From Halocafeteria seosinensis (Eukaryota), in the NCBI GenBank assembly GCA_001687465.1, contig LVLI01000005.1, forward strand, positions 248,001 to 312,000: 64,000 nt of DNA. Reading direction: 5' to 3'. The notes below the pieces were generated by a model. It searched no databases and was not told where the DNA came from. It was given only the letters and a program-made list of their open reading frames with translations. The translations under genes and the position numbers were made by a program. Shown in pieces: positions 1 to 14,650 of this stretch. Numbering within the stretch: position 1 is the first letter of the stretch; every line of letters starts with the position of its first letter.

Positions 1-3000
1 TCGATATGTGGATCCCCGCACACTAGCGACTCCAGTTCCTCCCATCGACACAAGCTTATAGCTCGTCGCGGAACTACATCAGCTATTCCTTCCAATAAGC
101 TCGCAATCTGCATATGGCGCCGTCGAAGAGATAATCCATTGAAAAGTTCGCCGATGCATACTTGTCTGACTACTTACCTGGTTATCTAGCTCACTTTTAC
201 GATATTCCAGAGCAAGTTTCAAATACGTAGATAGCTCATCAATTTGCACTTGTTTTTGGGACCCACCACTAATCAAGGAAACTTCGGAAGAGTCCATAGA
301 CCACACCATAAATCTGAATTCGGCAAAAAATGTAAAACAAGCATTGATTCAGGAAGGAAGTACAGAGGAACATACTTCTGTCCCGCTAGCCAGGACGTTG
401 CCAGATCAGCGGAGCTAATACTCTCCTCTAGATGCTGCTTGTACAGTCTTTCGAGTTCCATATATTGCTTTCCAAACGTAGCATCAATGCTAGCAATATC
501 GCTCAGCTGCAAGCAAATAACTAAAGCATGAGATTATAATAGCCAGTAGACAAGCAAATTTCAACCTTACTTCGATGTCTTGCCCGACGATTTTTTTCCA
601 TACGTACGACGGGAACATCACAGGCAAGTACTGGCGTTGACGACATGCTACTCCCATTAACCGTCCTAAAAATCTGAAGATCTTAGCACAAAGCGGGGTA
701 TCCTGGCGAGGGTTCGGCACAAATTTATCCGCATTGTTCCCATTGTCGCTCGTTGCATTGGGAACCCTTATACACAAATCTAGCTGATCACTGAAGACAT
801 CATCAATCATCCGCATCATAGCATCTCTATAAAGACCACCCCAGTCAACTCCGTCTTCGTCTTCGAATTTAACTACAAAGAGACGCCCCCTTGAGTCCAC
901 GTGACCCCGAAAGTTCTTAGCTGACTGTTCGCCAAGTTGCCAAAAGGCTTGCATGAATATACATTGGCTCAGCGAAGGATCTGTAATCCCAGTATCTCTA
1001 GCCTGGAACGCAATGTTGTTGTTTAGTATACAGCGCATAGGCCGAGCCCCAACCTCCCAAGTTGCATCTATCACTGCCTCTACTAACGTCTGCTTCGTCT
1101 CAGAAAATATGCAGTAACTCAATCTTCTCAAGTGGCTACCGAGTGCATAATTGTAGCCCGCTCTCGAGAGGTCTATCAACTCTAGGCACTTCATCAGTCG
1201 GCGGTTCAACAGTTGAATCATACCAAACATACATTGCAACTGTATCTCCGTATACTTTTCTAAGGAGACATACTCAGCGAGATCAATTTCCTCCTTCCTA
1301 ATTCTGTTAGGAGGTATCGAATGGTTCGCATTCCCACAACACTTACACAATGATGCACAGTATTTGCAGAGATCAATCGTAGCCTCACGCGTCCAGTTAA
1401 GCAGCGACAATACAACTTCTTCACACTTTTTCTCAGATAATTTACTCGCAGCATTACGAACACTTGAAGTTCCTTGAGATACGAAGCTCCAGCTATCCCT
1501 GTGAGTAAGTGCTAATGATATTGCACATACAAGATGGTCCGGAAGGCGGGCATTCTTAAGGAAAGCTTCACAAATTTGGATAACATCTTTCATAGACTCC
1601 ACAACCCCAATGTCATTCTCTGATTTTATCCCATTTTGATCTCTATTGACGGGATCCCTAAGCTTCGACTTCCTCCACAAGTTTCCGTGGACCACATCCC
1701 TATCGAAATCGAAAGATCGGAAGCTAATGCCCAATGTCAGCTGCTCCGTTGCATTATGTGCCGTAGCACACATTTCCGCTACAGCCTGAATATGAGAAGA
1801 CATGAACAAGTTACCAGAATTCCGCTGCGTGCTCCAATAGGACTCAACTTTACTGCCGATACCCTCCAAGGAGGAGACTTCCAATGGGCTATCCTTCTGC
1901 ATTAACTGAGGTGACCTAAATGCCCTTATCAGGATATAGACAGCTTGTGTCTTAAATGGGGCACACGGATGCTGAATGTACCGCAGTAGAGCATTCAAAA
2001 TCGGCTCAAAATTAACAAAGGATGATAGCTCCTTGTGAAATGGCAAACGTATCAAGAACTCGAGGATCCAGCAAGACCACTCTAACGAGGACTGGTTTAG
2101 AACATCCTTCTCCGTAATCCATTGTATCCCCCTCACAGGTGAAACGTAGAACTTAAACCCCCATGCCGATGGCCCATCAGTGTAGCTGGCGAACGAGTAA
2201 TTTATCGTATCTCCGTGAACCACAATCTGCGATAGATCTAGAGAATTGCTCCTTATGCTGCGCACGAGCTTCCCCTTGTGTGTATAAAATTCAAGTTTAG
2301 TCTTCTCGCCAAAGTCGCACCTGGCATCAAACTTCACCATCAACGCTCTGGCACCCGGGTATCGCAGCGTCTCACCGTAGTTACACTTCCAAAAATGTGG
2401 ATGCAGCGATTCCCGAACAACAGGTTCGTCTGAGGTATCTACTTTCGTTGCCACTGCCACATTCCAGGCCGTATCTTGAACAAGTTGTTCGGTGAGGGTC
2501 TCGCATTCATTTAAGTTCAGTGCTCCAATAGACGCGTCTGCGTCCCGCACAGATGCTCTGGCTGCCGCACTAGCGCCGCCTGTAGAGCTGATATTAAACA
2601 GCCGGTTGACCTTGTTCTGCATTTGCTTCATAAATGCTAGCGGGGTAGCATCATTCGAGGTTTCGGTCTTCATATTTCCGTCCTCGAGGGAGTTGTGGCA
2701 ACTAGTTCTGCTTAGGGAACCACTGCGCGGTGGAGGTAAGGGATTGTGCGTTAGCAAGGCACACTTCAATAGACTCCGAAGCAGTTTCATAACAGGAGTA
2801 TCTGCTGCGGAACCGAATCCACCCGCAGTCAGTTCGTGGCAACTGGTGCCATCGAAATCTTCAAATACACATTCACTGGATGCAGTCAATTTAACAATAG
2901 AAACAAATGATCTGGGGGTTAAGGATCTCGGGATTGAAAATGTGGACTTGCATTGGCGTGCAAGGAGGCAACTCAGAAGCAGTCGCCGACATTCCGCATA

Positions 3001-6000
3001 CAGCAGCGCCTCTGTGTGCGCAGCCCAGCAGCTTAGGATCGAGCCAGAGTCAAGTAAATCTTTATCGGCAATTCCTTCGATAGAGAATAAGGAGTCCAGT
3101 TGAGCGGACTCGACTTTGACTATTCCTGTTTCAGAGTCACCGTACTGCACCTGCAACCGATCCTGAGAAGGGTATTCCTCTGCGACTGTAACAATATACG
3201 CGTTCCGCATGCTCTCAAAATTCATCGTCCGAGAGGTGTCCACGGGAGAGCGGAGCAACAAAAGCGCCAAACCCTTGGCAAAGCGCGTTCCCGAGACTCC
3301 ACCTGCCGATACGAGCAGATTATCGAGTTTCATAGGTAGAGAAGCCTCGCGCTGTGTTCTCCGGCCCGTAGTATTTGCCTCCTCCGTCCCCTCAACGCTC
3401 CCCGAATTGAGCGCATCCACATTCGAGATACTGCCTGATGTATCACCATCTTCATCCACAGTGTATAGTGCATTTTCTTCGGAGTAATCGGAGTCCTTCA
3501 ACTCGATACATTGCTCATCACGATCATAGTCTTTTGACTCAGTTACTGAATATTCTGGAAGTTCACTGTAATAATTCCCGTAGTCCAGAAGCCACTCTGT
3601 TGCTGCGTTCTTGTCACCGTGGTGCATCTCTAGCGCGTGTTGACTGAGCTTTGGATGCTTGCCTACAGCTAACGCCAAATCCTTCGCCTGTAAAGCCAGT
3701 GAGTTGTTCGTCCGTGACTCATTCGCTTCATGAAGCCCTCCTCCTTTTACAAACGCCTCGGCTTGTCCAGAAAGCAGCCACTGAGCGGCAGAGTTCGCAT
3801 CAAAATGGTTAAATTCTAACGCCTTCAGACACAATTCACGCCCGTATCCCAGTGCCTGCAGATGATCCAAAACATCCGGAGGCACACTTTTCATTCGTTC
3901 GTCCAAGGGATTGCTAGAACTACACCTCTGGCTAAGGTATACAGATGCTTTATGATGCTCAATTCTAAAATCCTCCAGCCATGCCAATCTAGCGCGGATA
4001 TTCTCCGGGCGCAAGAACCGAGACAGGGGAGACGTCTTCGATGCTAGAGGCAAGATACTCTCCACAGTCTTTTCAGGGAATAATGTAATGAATGAATCAG
4101 TAATAGACAGTCTCTGCATCACTTGAGCGCTGAGCAGCTTTAAGATGACCACCAACGGCTCGTCAGTTACGTAACTTTTACCAGTGTCGTTCAATACTCG
4201 AAGACAACGGTTGAGCACCGCCTCAGTATCGAAGACGTTTAAGAAGTCGCCACCGTAAGTTACCGGAACAAATTCACCAAGCCCACTGCTTTGGACTTTA
4301 CCCGTATTCACTAATGTGGAAATATCCACGTGCAGTTCGTTCGCTTCATTCTGTGCGAGCTCATCATCCCCCATAAAACTCAAGTCAAGCCATACCAGAT
4401 GTCGCTGAGAGTAGCGTACGCCAAGGGTTAGCGCCGTTCCAGTGTCCATCGCAAGCCGAGTAAGCAGGTCTTCCGAGGGAGCACGTAAAGACGGTGTATC
4501 AAAGAGCTGCTTATTATTTTCAATCCCCTCACAAACGACCGAGAGAACTCCTTCGCTCCAGCTTTCGCAATGCCAACTCTTCACGCAGGTACCCGCTACC
4601 ACTGTGCCGATAGAGCCGCTCAACACATGCATCACAGCCAACAGAGACAGTAACGAATCATTGCTGTGATCTGCATCCTGAGATAACTCAGAGCGTATTG
4701 CTGCGCTGGCGGCTTGATTCCATTCAGAAGCTGTCTTATCCCCTGGAGAGCAAACATTCGGATCCAGGCACTCGCGGATAAAAGTGCACAAAGTTTCTCT
4801 CACGGAGGACAAGTTGTAGCCATAGCCAGCAACGTGGGCAGTCCGCTGATCAAACACGTCGTAGGCGATTTGCCGAAGTGGGGAAGAAGTGTGTGCGTCA
4901 TCCCCAGAAAAGAATGTTGCGGCAACAATTCGCAACAACAGGCGAAATAGGTTTACACCCTCGCACATGGAAAACGATTTTGGTGTTGCCCATTCCATAC
5001 AATCTTGTATGCAGGACTCGAAGGTAGAACACGGAATTTGATGCCGCACCCTCTGAAGAACACTGATGCTACATCTCTTAGTTGCCGGGTTTCCAAGTAA
5101 CAGGCTATTCACGACGAGCTTGCATAAACGGTCAGAGAGATGAGCAATAGCCTTACAGTTTTTGTCAATAACAAGATTAAGAAGCATCAACTCCTTGTTC
5201 AACAAACGGGAACAGCTTACGACATTTGTTTTCTCTCGCAAGTTACGCACCAGAACCTGAGGGATTCGAAAGAGAACTTTAAGCTCATTATGCATGAATT
5301 CTGCTTGACGGGTGACTGTGTAGTCCTCAACTGCGTAGTGGCAATACTTGATATCAATTATGGCTTCCATCAGCTCGACGGGTAGTCTGCTCTCCTCCAT
5401 GTACGAAAGAAGTAACGGAAGGAGTTCACCATAGAGCTTCTTTTCCGCCCCGGCAAACTCCCTCAAGGACAAGAACACTTTCGGATATAAAGAATACACC
5501 GCTTTCCAATTAGGCTTAATTAGACGAGTGAGTCGTTCAAACGCATCTCTTACCAACGAGGATAACCCCGATGATATTTCCGAACTTCGTTCGAGATTAA
5601 GATGTTTGTAAACTGGAAATAAGCCACCATGGACCGGAGATTGCCGAAGAACTGTTCCTTGGAGTTGGTCCCGTAGACAACTCAGCACTTCTTCCGGGCT
5701 CCCCCGCCAACGAAAAGCGTCGTCGCTATCCGGACCACTGGTTCTGTTCGCTAAAATTCCTAAGTTGTATGCATTGTCCACAAGATTGCTAACTTGGGAT
5801 ATCAAGTCGCTCTTGTGCGAATCCACCCCCGAGTACTCAAAGAACACAGACAATAACCCCATAAACGTAAACTGGTCACTTATGAGTCCACAAACCCGAT
5901 TCATGCGCTCTAGTGCATCACAGCGATGCCTTGCATGCACTCGTTGCAAGCGTAGAAAATTAAGGACTGCTCTTGGTTGAACGGATCCGTAAAGCCGCCG

Positions 6001-9000
6001 GACAGTTTGGAGGGAGAATTTCAAAGCAGCCTCCACATCACCACCACCAACTATTGGTAACATGAAAAGACCCTCTACAGCGTTTTCTGCAAGATGATAA
6101 GATGTCTCGTCTATGTCAGCTTGCAGAGACAGTAAGCGTTTAACGAAGGTGCTTGAGGCAGTTGAATACGTTCTTTGGCCACCGCCCTCGGCAATTTTTC
6201 CGCTCAGCCATCTGCGAAATTGACATGTATAATACCAAGCGCGCTTCAGCGATTGGGGAATCTCTACTGAGTTTGGCGAACTCAAAGTATATCGGCCAGT
6301 CCACTGTTCATTTCCGACTATAGACGAGACAACTTCGCGTAGGCTGTCTAGCTGGTTTGCCAAGCGTATCAGCGCCAGGAAAAAGTAGGCCTCAAGAAAC
6401 GTAAGCTTTGAGCTGCTTTTCCTAAGGAGGGGAGACAGTTTAGTGTTTGCGTCAGTCAACAGCAATACTATTGACAATGCGCTGGAAATCCGCGGTGACT
6501 TAAACTTCTGAAACTTTGTCTCAATATCAGTAGTGCCATATTCAATAGGAGAAAACTCAAGAGATCCGTCCAGCAATTTTCGCAACAATTCATCATCAAG
6601 CGTGTTGCCTTCCGCTTCTTCTGTAAGTAGGTAAGTAGACACACAACTCCGCGCTACTGTCGCGGAGAGCTCGAGTATAGGGCGGTTGTAAACCCCTAAA
6701 TACTGTCGTTTCAGTATGTGTCCAAACACGCTGTGGAACGTCCTATAGATACCGCATGTATCAGAGCAGTTCGAACTCAAATCCCGAGACACAGAGCGGA
6801 CGTTCGTCCTCATCTTGCGAATATAGCGAATGGCGTCCTCAAACGTCACTGCGGACAGCTTTCTGCTTGTACGTATGCTCGCAGGAGTATCTGATAATTC
6901 GACACGGCCCCCATTACATAAGGAAGACGAGGCACAGTTTCCCAAAAGATGCATCCATGAAGTATAATGGTGAACGTTCTCTATGCATTCGGGACCCTCC
7001 GATACCACGGAAGTATTCTCAGTTAGCAGGGAGTCCTCACTAGTTAGCTCTTTCTGGCCAAAGCTCCCGATATCTACAGCATTGTCGTTGTACAGAGCGC
7101 CGTTGAACGCGGGGACGAATGATTCTAGGGTCTGCGATAATAACTCACAAAAGTAGCTCAACGACCATCTATTTCTCCAATCCGTATTGAAATGACTAGT
7201 GGCACAATTGGCAAGGACACCGACAAACTCGCTTCCACCCAAAAGTTTGTTCGTTGCTTCTGCACATGTGCTAATACTGCACATAAATCTGCACCAGTGC
7301 CCAGGGCAGAAATTGTTGATACCAAACGAGAGCCCAATATCATCTGGGAAGTCAAAACTAGAAGTATCCGGCTGCGGAGGGGGCCCCAGTCGTTTAACCA
7401 CTTCACTTGCAGACGAAGGAAGTACCCTGATAAGACACATAATGTGATAAAAGAGCATCATCAGAAGCCAATCGCTCACGCAAGAATTCTTGCTATAACC
7501 CCTCAAACATGCTTGGCATACCTTATGAAGATGCTGTGAGAGTGAGTTCAACTTTTCGTGTGTTGAGAGAGTTTCCTCAGACACCCCGTCATCAACAGGA
7601 ACCGAGAACTGACAGTATTCCTGCCTGACCGACTCGTTCCTCATCATCTTGTCACAAACACGGAATAGCTCTAGTAAGTATTCACCCATAAAAGCAACAG
7701 TAGAACCACTCTTGTAAGCCTCAAGATCGAAGATGAATCTTTCAAATAGCGACCTCTCACGCGCCTCATCTTGACGAACACACTCGCGAACAAGACTCTG
7801 ACGCCAAGCAATAGCCAGGGCTTGTTCTTTACAGTCGCCCCTCTCAAGACTGTAAATTCTATCAAATAGTTGATAGATACCCACCTTGCTAAAATTATCA
7901 CAATCTTCCAGCTGGCAACGTGAATAAGCGTTAATGAGTTCTGCCTGGTAACGTACAGGGAAATTATCACTGGAACAAATGGCAGTAACCGTTTCTTCCA
8001 ATACACGACAAGCACTTCGCGGCAAATTCTGTATTCGACGCATGAAACATTCCAGAGTCTGAGGAACCTCGGATAACTCAAATTCCTGCGAGACGTCCGC
8101 TTCCAATTGTGATAACCGCCGCACATTGTCCCGCAGTAACGCCAAGGCAGGAACAATGATATTATCCATGCTACTTTCCAGAGAAGACATCAAAAGCGAG
8201 CAAACACTGCGAAATGAAAAGTCCCGACAGGAGTGACCGAACGCCGATGCGCATAACAGAAGGTCCTGCGAGTTCGTTCTTCCTATTCCAGCGTACTGCT
8301 TGGAGGATAACTCAGCAAGAGTCGTCAGGGCCGCATCCAATGTCTCCTTCAAACGCGTTCCTTTTGTGTCGGTATCTTGGATTGCACGAATTGCTTCGGT
8401 GATACACGTGGCAAGTCGCTTGTACTCTTCTTCGTTATACTGCTTGGCCACATTGATCACATGGTCATCTTGCTCGACAGCCCTCGAGGAGTGCAGTCTC
8501 TCCGTCACCATAGCATAGAGCCTTTGCTCTGCAGACGGACCTGCTGCTTCACAAATCGAGCAACACTTTGCAGTTCCTGGATTTTTGAGCGTGCATTGAG
8601 GACAGCTCCATTCCACAGACTGTACAGCCAATGCCACGTCGGAGGGCCTGGAGGAACCACACATTTCACAACTCGAGCTACCAGCACTATTAGTATAGGT
8701 GCAGGTTTGGCAAGACCAGTCCTGACCCTTGACAGTTTCCAGAATAGCTTGGGATTCTTTTAACTCCCGCGACGACATCTTGTTATCAGCAGAGCGACTT
8801 CCCTCCGTAGAAACTACATGGGGTTGGAACGGTGCCTGATTCTCTCCAAAAATACAATCCATATCTGTCATTGCCTTACAAGGTATATCCCACCATGAGC
8901 CGGAAAAAAATGTCGACTGGGTCCAGGTCTTGTAAAGCTCGTATTCTTCGAAAGCAACAACAGGACTTGATATAAACACCTCGCGTTGAGTCGAATAAAA

Positions 9001-11129
9001 CATCACGACAGGAACTACATTATCCAGCCCTTGAATCTCCGCACTATACCATGTCGACGAGGTAGAAACTTGATAGAACAGCTTGGATTCCCGATTATCT
9101 AAGATACAACGAACCTTGTCCCCGGGGTGGCACTTTCCAGCACGTTGGTCTTGGATCATACCATTTTTATAGACCTTTCCATTGATCGCACGGAAGAGAA
9201 CAGAGCTCTCGTTTCTATCGTAGGCCACCTGGGTTACAGGATAAGACGCGATCCCAAAACACGTACACTCATTTTCGGGTTTATCAGCAGATAATGTAAA
9301 TTCCCATGCGTAAACCTCACATCTTCGAGACAACAACAAATTGCCAACGGCACACGATACTTTTCGTGTACTGCTACACGAGGTGCCATCCCTCGCGATG
9401 TCAACCCCTACGCTGCTGCTCTCGTCAAAATGCATATCCATGAGGTGCATCTTTTGATCGCGGCTGCAAAGGTCCCTGAAATGTTGGAACAGGAAAACAG
9501 ATGTATTGCGGAAACAGCCCCTTAAGCAGGCAATATCAGCTTCTGATCGATTCAAAGTCTTCAAAAGAATATGAAACTTCTTCAGCTGTAAGGTGGCAAA
9601 ATATGCTGCCTCCGATGTCCCAGGATTTTGAACTAATTCTAAGTTCCAAAATCTACTGAGGGCACGGGCTGCTAACAATACGAAGGGGCTCATTCCAGAT
9701 ATCGAGCTGAAGCGAACTAAGAGTGCGAGAATATACCAAAATCCTTCCCTTACATTCTCCAACAGCTCTGAAGACAGCGTACAGTCTTCATTCAACACCG
9801 ACACTACCCCTTCTAGTGGGTCTAGAAAACTATCAAAACAGTCAACAATTTGGCGAGCATAGTGTCCCCACAAATGCTTTCGCTCCAGTCGGTAAGCATC
9901 TACGCGCTGAATTGCAACGTATCTGGCCACAGAAAAAGCAGAGTAAGGGCGAAACCAACGTATTAATTGCTCCGCATCAATACTTACTGCTGATTGGGAA
10001 AAGGAAACGCCCGAATGATGATCTTCTTCAGGTGTGGTCTTCCCTTGGTGTTAATACGGAGAATACGCCTAATTGAAGCATCAACTGACCCTAGCATTAG
10101 AGTGTTATCACCGGAGTCAACTACGTCGATCTCGTAGCGCCGACACAAAAAATGGGGATCAGGTTTGATTTCAATGACGTCGACCTCGGACGGGTGCCGC
10201 AAGTAGCAAGACCACTCAGAGTAGCAGTCTCCACGAACGCTCTTCCACAAACTCTTAATGTTACCGTCTACCGCGCAAGAAGGGTGGTGTTTTTCTACAT
10301 GTGAAGTCGAAGACGCAGAGCAGAGTTCTCGACATCTCCATTTAGGCAGGGGGCTTGAGTCTGATAGGCATTCCACATAGAATTCCAGTGGATTGAAATC
10401 CTCCGTTTCCTTCAAGAGCTCTTTCAACGAAGAAACGATAGCGGCGGAAACAGATCGGTCTTTCACTTGCTTTGCAAAATCCTCAATTCCGCTGAAAAGC
10501 CGTGATACCAAGGATTCCCAACAGGACGTGCACCGGGCGGGCCCCGCATTGCGGACACACATACTCCGAACTGGAAAAAATGGCAAGCATTGATCTAAAA
10601 CTCCTGAAATGCTCTGTAACGTGTTGCAGCGTCTAAGCAGAAGATGATCGTAAAGTTTCGGTATGCTGTTCCGCAATGCCGACTTGGAAAAACAGTATCC
10701 GGAAGGATCCAGTGACTTGACAATGGGGAATTTCACTGCTCCATGTTGATGAACCATTTCAGCTGTGTCCAAAATCCCCGGATCCATTTCATTTGAATTG
10801 TACAATAAGTCATACGTTTCCATAGTAGCACCACCTCGTACTTCAGGGTGGCGCTCAATGTAATCGTCAAGATACCGTTCATCTAATATGTGGTTGTATG
10901 CATGCATTGCATCAACGATATTGGAAGCATAATCACTAAGCCGAGCTCTCTGTACTGACGGATTTTGGAACTCCAGTTCAGGCTCAGGACCACCTGACGA
11001 TTCCGTTGTTTCTTGTCCGAGATCTTCTCCGGCGTTTTCTTCATTTTGTGGCTGAGGGGATCCTGGAATCCCAGAAGTGGGTGGTGGCCCTGGAGGACGG
11101 GCTGGTACATATGCTGAGGCCGCCGCCAT
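1..11129 (-). CDS. Giant HECT-type E3 ubiquitin ligase (>3600 aa; discoidin/DOC-like, SPRY, 2x RanBP2-type Zn finger, UBA-like, HECT); 3' end lies outside the window
   Basis: ORFs 9984-11129 and 490-9930 join through a GT-AG intron at 9923-9987. Motifs: WSCQTCTYTN..CEMC and WSCPQCTLKN..CSIC (RanBP2/NZF); YAWEFTL..CFGIAS..GDKVRCILD (SPRY); LQALGYGRELCLKALE..AAQWL (UBA); FVVKFEDEDGVDWGGLYRD..FVPNP..FRFLGRLMG (HECT N-lobe). Further introns at ~507-570 and ~314-375, plus a donor at ~178. Confidence 0.9.
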
Positions 11130-11249
11130 AGTACCTACAACTCCACGGGTATGTGTACGTGCTCAGCAAGGGGATATCTAACTTGATATGTGCTAGCACC
11201 TGTTACAAGGAAACACTCTGACAAAGGGTAGTCATACTGTATATGACTC

Positions 11250-13350
11250 ATACATTGTGGTTCACACTTGGTGACGACAAGTCAACCAACAGCCTCACTC
11301 GGCCAATGTCCTTCCCTATACCAAGGAACAACACAAACAAAGTACATTTACCCACACATGAACGTACTTAAGAGTGGTCTTCATGAAGAGTCGCCCAGAT
11401 ACTGATAGTATGATACACTCTCGTTTCTCCAACCTGTTCCCTTCCTCAAGAAGTTATGTAATCCAATGTATGCACTCACACAGCCTCTAATACAGCCAGA
11501 GGTTTCACTGCCTTGATCAATATTTATTCATCTATGCTAAGGACGAGAAAGTCGAAGTGACTGGTGCGTAACAACGCAATCTAACGGAGAAGAACTCCTC
11601 AAAACATGTGGTCTTCAAGAAGAAGGGTTGAAGTTGAACTAGGTCAGAGAATCAGCCAACTGTAGAATGCTGCGCTATACATGTACTGCGCAAGTGGTTG
11701 CATTTAGTAATGCCCAATACGGCGTATGAAGAGAGGCGTAGCCTCGGCCAACGGGTACTTACTATAGTTGAAGTTGAATACACACACAACTACCTTGGTC
11801 AGCCATTGTTGATTGTTAGCAATTTGTTACCCTTTGGGGGTACACTGGTAGTTACACGAAGTGTGTATTCAACTCTCTCAGCGTACAATGAATAAAGGAA
11901 CGAGGGAAGGGACCGACGTGTACCTACATGAAGAATGGGCTTCCAGTTTTCGTCCCAGGACAAAACTCAATGACCAACAACGGATCAAATTAAGTGTCCA
12001 GATACAAGAAGCTGGAGATGTCGACACTGCCGCGAGCCGTCACTTGCCGCGGCACCTCGTTCTTGTGAATAGTTTTAGGTACAGAAGCTAAGGAAGTGGT
12101 TGTTGCATGAGATGAGTCACTGCAATTCATTTCCAAACTCTTCCGTTTCTTTGACTGCTCTGCACGTCGCAGGGTTTACCGAAGGACATTAAGTTTCGAA
12201 GCAGACGTGGACTCGGGTGACCTTATACATACATACTGTAGTGCCTGAGCTGGTAGCTACCACGTTTTCGGACGAATCAGTGGCCTTGTAGGATGCTGCA
12301 TCAATTACATCGCCATCGTCTTTCGTCCCAGGAGTATCTACAATGAGACTTTGAGATACTTCTTCGAGGAGCCTCATCACTGGTGGAATCATGTACGAAT
12401 AAAATGGTGTTCCATGCACCATCTTACCCCATGCCTGGAGTGTCCGTGGCTTCGTCTTGTTTATACCAACCTCATCAGGCTCTGAGTCTTCGTCCGAGCC
12501 GTAGGTTGGTATTGGATAAGCGTTCGTCCAGTCCTGCAACTAATGAACCATCTTCTCTTAACCAGAGTGCCACCAAGAGTGAGGCGACAGATTAAGCTGC
12601 GCACGTGTGCCTGGGAATTATGCCAGCAACCACTCTCAAAGAGAAACATCCGACAGATGCAAAGGCATAGTCCACCGGCCGGGAGTTGACCGCATCACAA
12701 GCGAACCTATTGGAGTGGGGTAAGAATTCTCCGGACCACGGGTACAGTCGCTCCACTTGATCGATTTCTATCTCGCTTCGAATAAATGAGCTACGGTGTA
12801 GCAATGGATTAAGGCCTGTTTATCATCCCATTACATACATGCATATCCTAGTAAAATTACATATGACAGGAAGCCGAAACCCCAAACCAGATCTTCTCCC
12901 ATGAATAATACATTCCGTAGTGTTGTAAACGTTAATCATCGGAAGCCGTGTTGATATGCAGATACCCGATAGCCATAGGAATACGTTCTTGCGGTGAGAA
13001 ATGGCTCATGGTTTATGGTCGACAGTCGATGCACCACTGAGTAGCATAGGAGCACAGAGGTCAATACGTATCGGAAGGTTACGAACGGAGCAGACATGCA
13101 TTTCAGGTACTGAGTTGATTTATGGATCAAAACCGGCTCGACAGTATGCTACGTGCCAAAGACTTGTCTCTGGAGAGTTGAGAGATTGACACGACATTAA
13201 CAGTTGCGGAGTTGCACATTCTGGACCTATCGACATCTGGGGGGATAATCTCGTCTTGCCTGCAGCATCAACTCCACAATGAAGAGTAGAAATTCCGCCG
13301 ACACAACTGATGGCGAATTCTGAACAGTTGCTGGAACGCATAGACGAGAC
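11250..13350 (-). CDS. Possible multi-exon hypothetical protein; structure unresolved
   Basis: Several minus-strand ORF pieces (12189-12539, 12592-12804, 13120-13356) bordered by plausible GT/AG sites fill a 2.3-kb gap in an otherwise compact genome. No recognisable domain. Confidence 0.35.
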
Positions 13351-13503
13351 TAACACACCACCGGTTCTCTAAGCGATCTAGATCTGGTAAGGATACGTGT
13401 GCTGACTCAGGGGCACATGCTTCAGTACAGTCCAAGCCCCAGTGCACATAATTTTCTTCATCGATTTCGCTGAAGCCCAGCGCAAACAAGCACACCTCCG
13501 CCT

Positions 13504-14446
13504 TCATCGGTTTTCATCTTCCTCTCGTGGCGCTGACTCCCTAGAAACCGCTTCAACAGTAGGCCCAGCATCCTTTCCATCCAAGGGTTTGTTGAATATC
13601 TTTGCAGGTGTTCGTAAAATCGCAGTTAATCGCTCCCTCATGCTACTGATTCTGCTTGACTGTTCTTGTAACATTTTGTCGTATTTATCCACCAACTCCG
13701 ATTGCCCTTCCTCTTGCGTCGTCTCAGTCTTTTTACCCACCGCATCCCCGTTTTCAGAAGGCGGAAGAGGAATACTATAGCCTTGATTGCGCATTCCATA
13801 TTCGATCGCCGCAACATGGCGAGCGAGCTGGTGCAACTCCTGCTCGATTGCTTCGAATCGCATGCTGATTATCTGCCAGTCCAGGGTAATTGATGTTGTA
13901 ACTCCTCTGCCAGGACTCTTTACTACTGCTTCCATGCTTATCTTACCTTGTGTTCTGTCTCAGCCTTTCGTGCCTTCTCTTCCGCTTCCACAGCCTTCTC
14001 CTTGCGTTGTCTTCGATATTCCTGTTATGGAAGCTCAGCAGGCATGCTTGTGCGATGGTGCTCTTATCATTAGCGAGAGGTATACTTACAACAAATACCA
14101 TTACAGCTCCAACACTAAAAACGAACGATTCTCCCAAAAAGTCTGCTCCTGTAGAGATAGCTTTCGTCTCTGGAAGTTCTTTTAACTGGAAGGAACCCAA
14201 ACAGTACCCGGTGGGAAATCTTGTACAGTCATTACTTTCACACACTCGTCGTACCTTGATAATTCTACCCTGCCGAAGATTAACCTCCAAGTGCGTCGTC
14301 GTATAGTGTATCGCTCGGCCCAAGCGTATACATAGTCCTCGGAATCGTGGGTGCTCTTGTGCGTATTCCTTGATTTGTTTGGCCACAGGTTTGGCTACGG
14401 TCTTCACCAAAAGCGATCCCAGTTTAAACAGCGGTAAGGGACTCAT
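13504..14446 (-). CDS. OPA3: OPA3-like mitochondrial protein (multi-exon)
   Basis: N-terminus MSPLPLFKLGSLLVKTVAKPVAKQIKEYAQEHPRFR and later AISTGADFLGESFVFSVG are typical of the OPA3 family. Last exon is the coiled-coil ORF ending at 13504. Confidence 0.85.
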
Positions 14447-14650
14447 ACTATCACATGAACTCGTTGCCGCATACTGCGTGTATGCGTACGCAATGGGAAA
14501 AGCAGCTGCTGCGCTTAATTTGAATTAATACTTCGTATTGTTGTATTATGATTAGAACAGAAGAACAGTTAAGACAAGTATGAAAAAAAAAGAAAAATAA
14601 AAAATAGAATTACTACTAACTATACACAGACCTAACAATACAATTGGGAC

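Noticed and set aside
2492..8763. Numerous 60-200 aa antisense or alternate-frame ORFs within the HECT gene (and likewise within other long genes)
   Set aside because: Shadow ORFs of long coding exons with no motifs; expected by chance.
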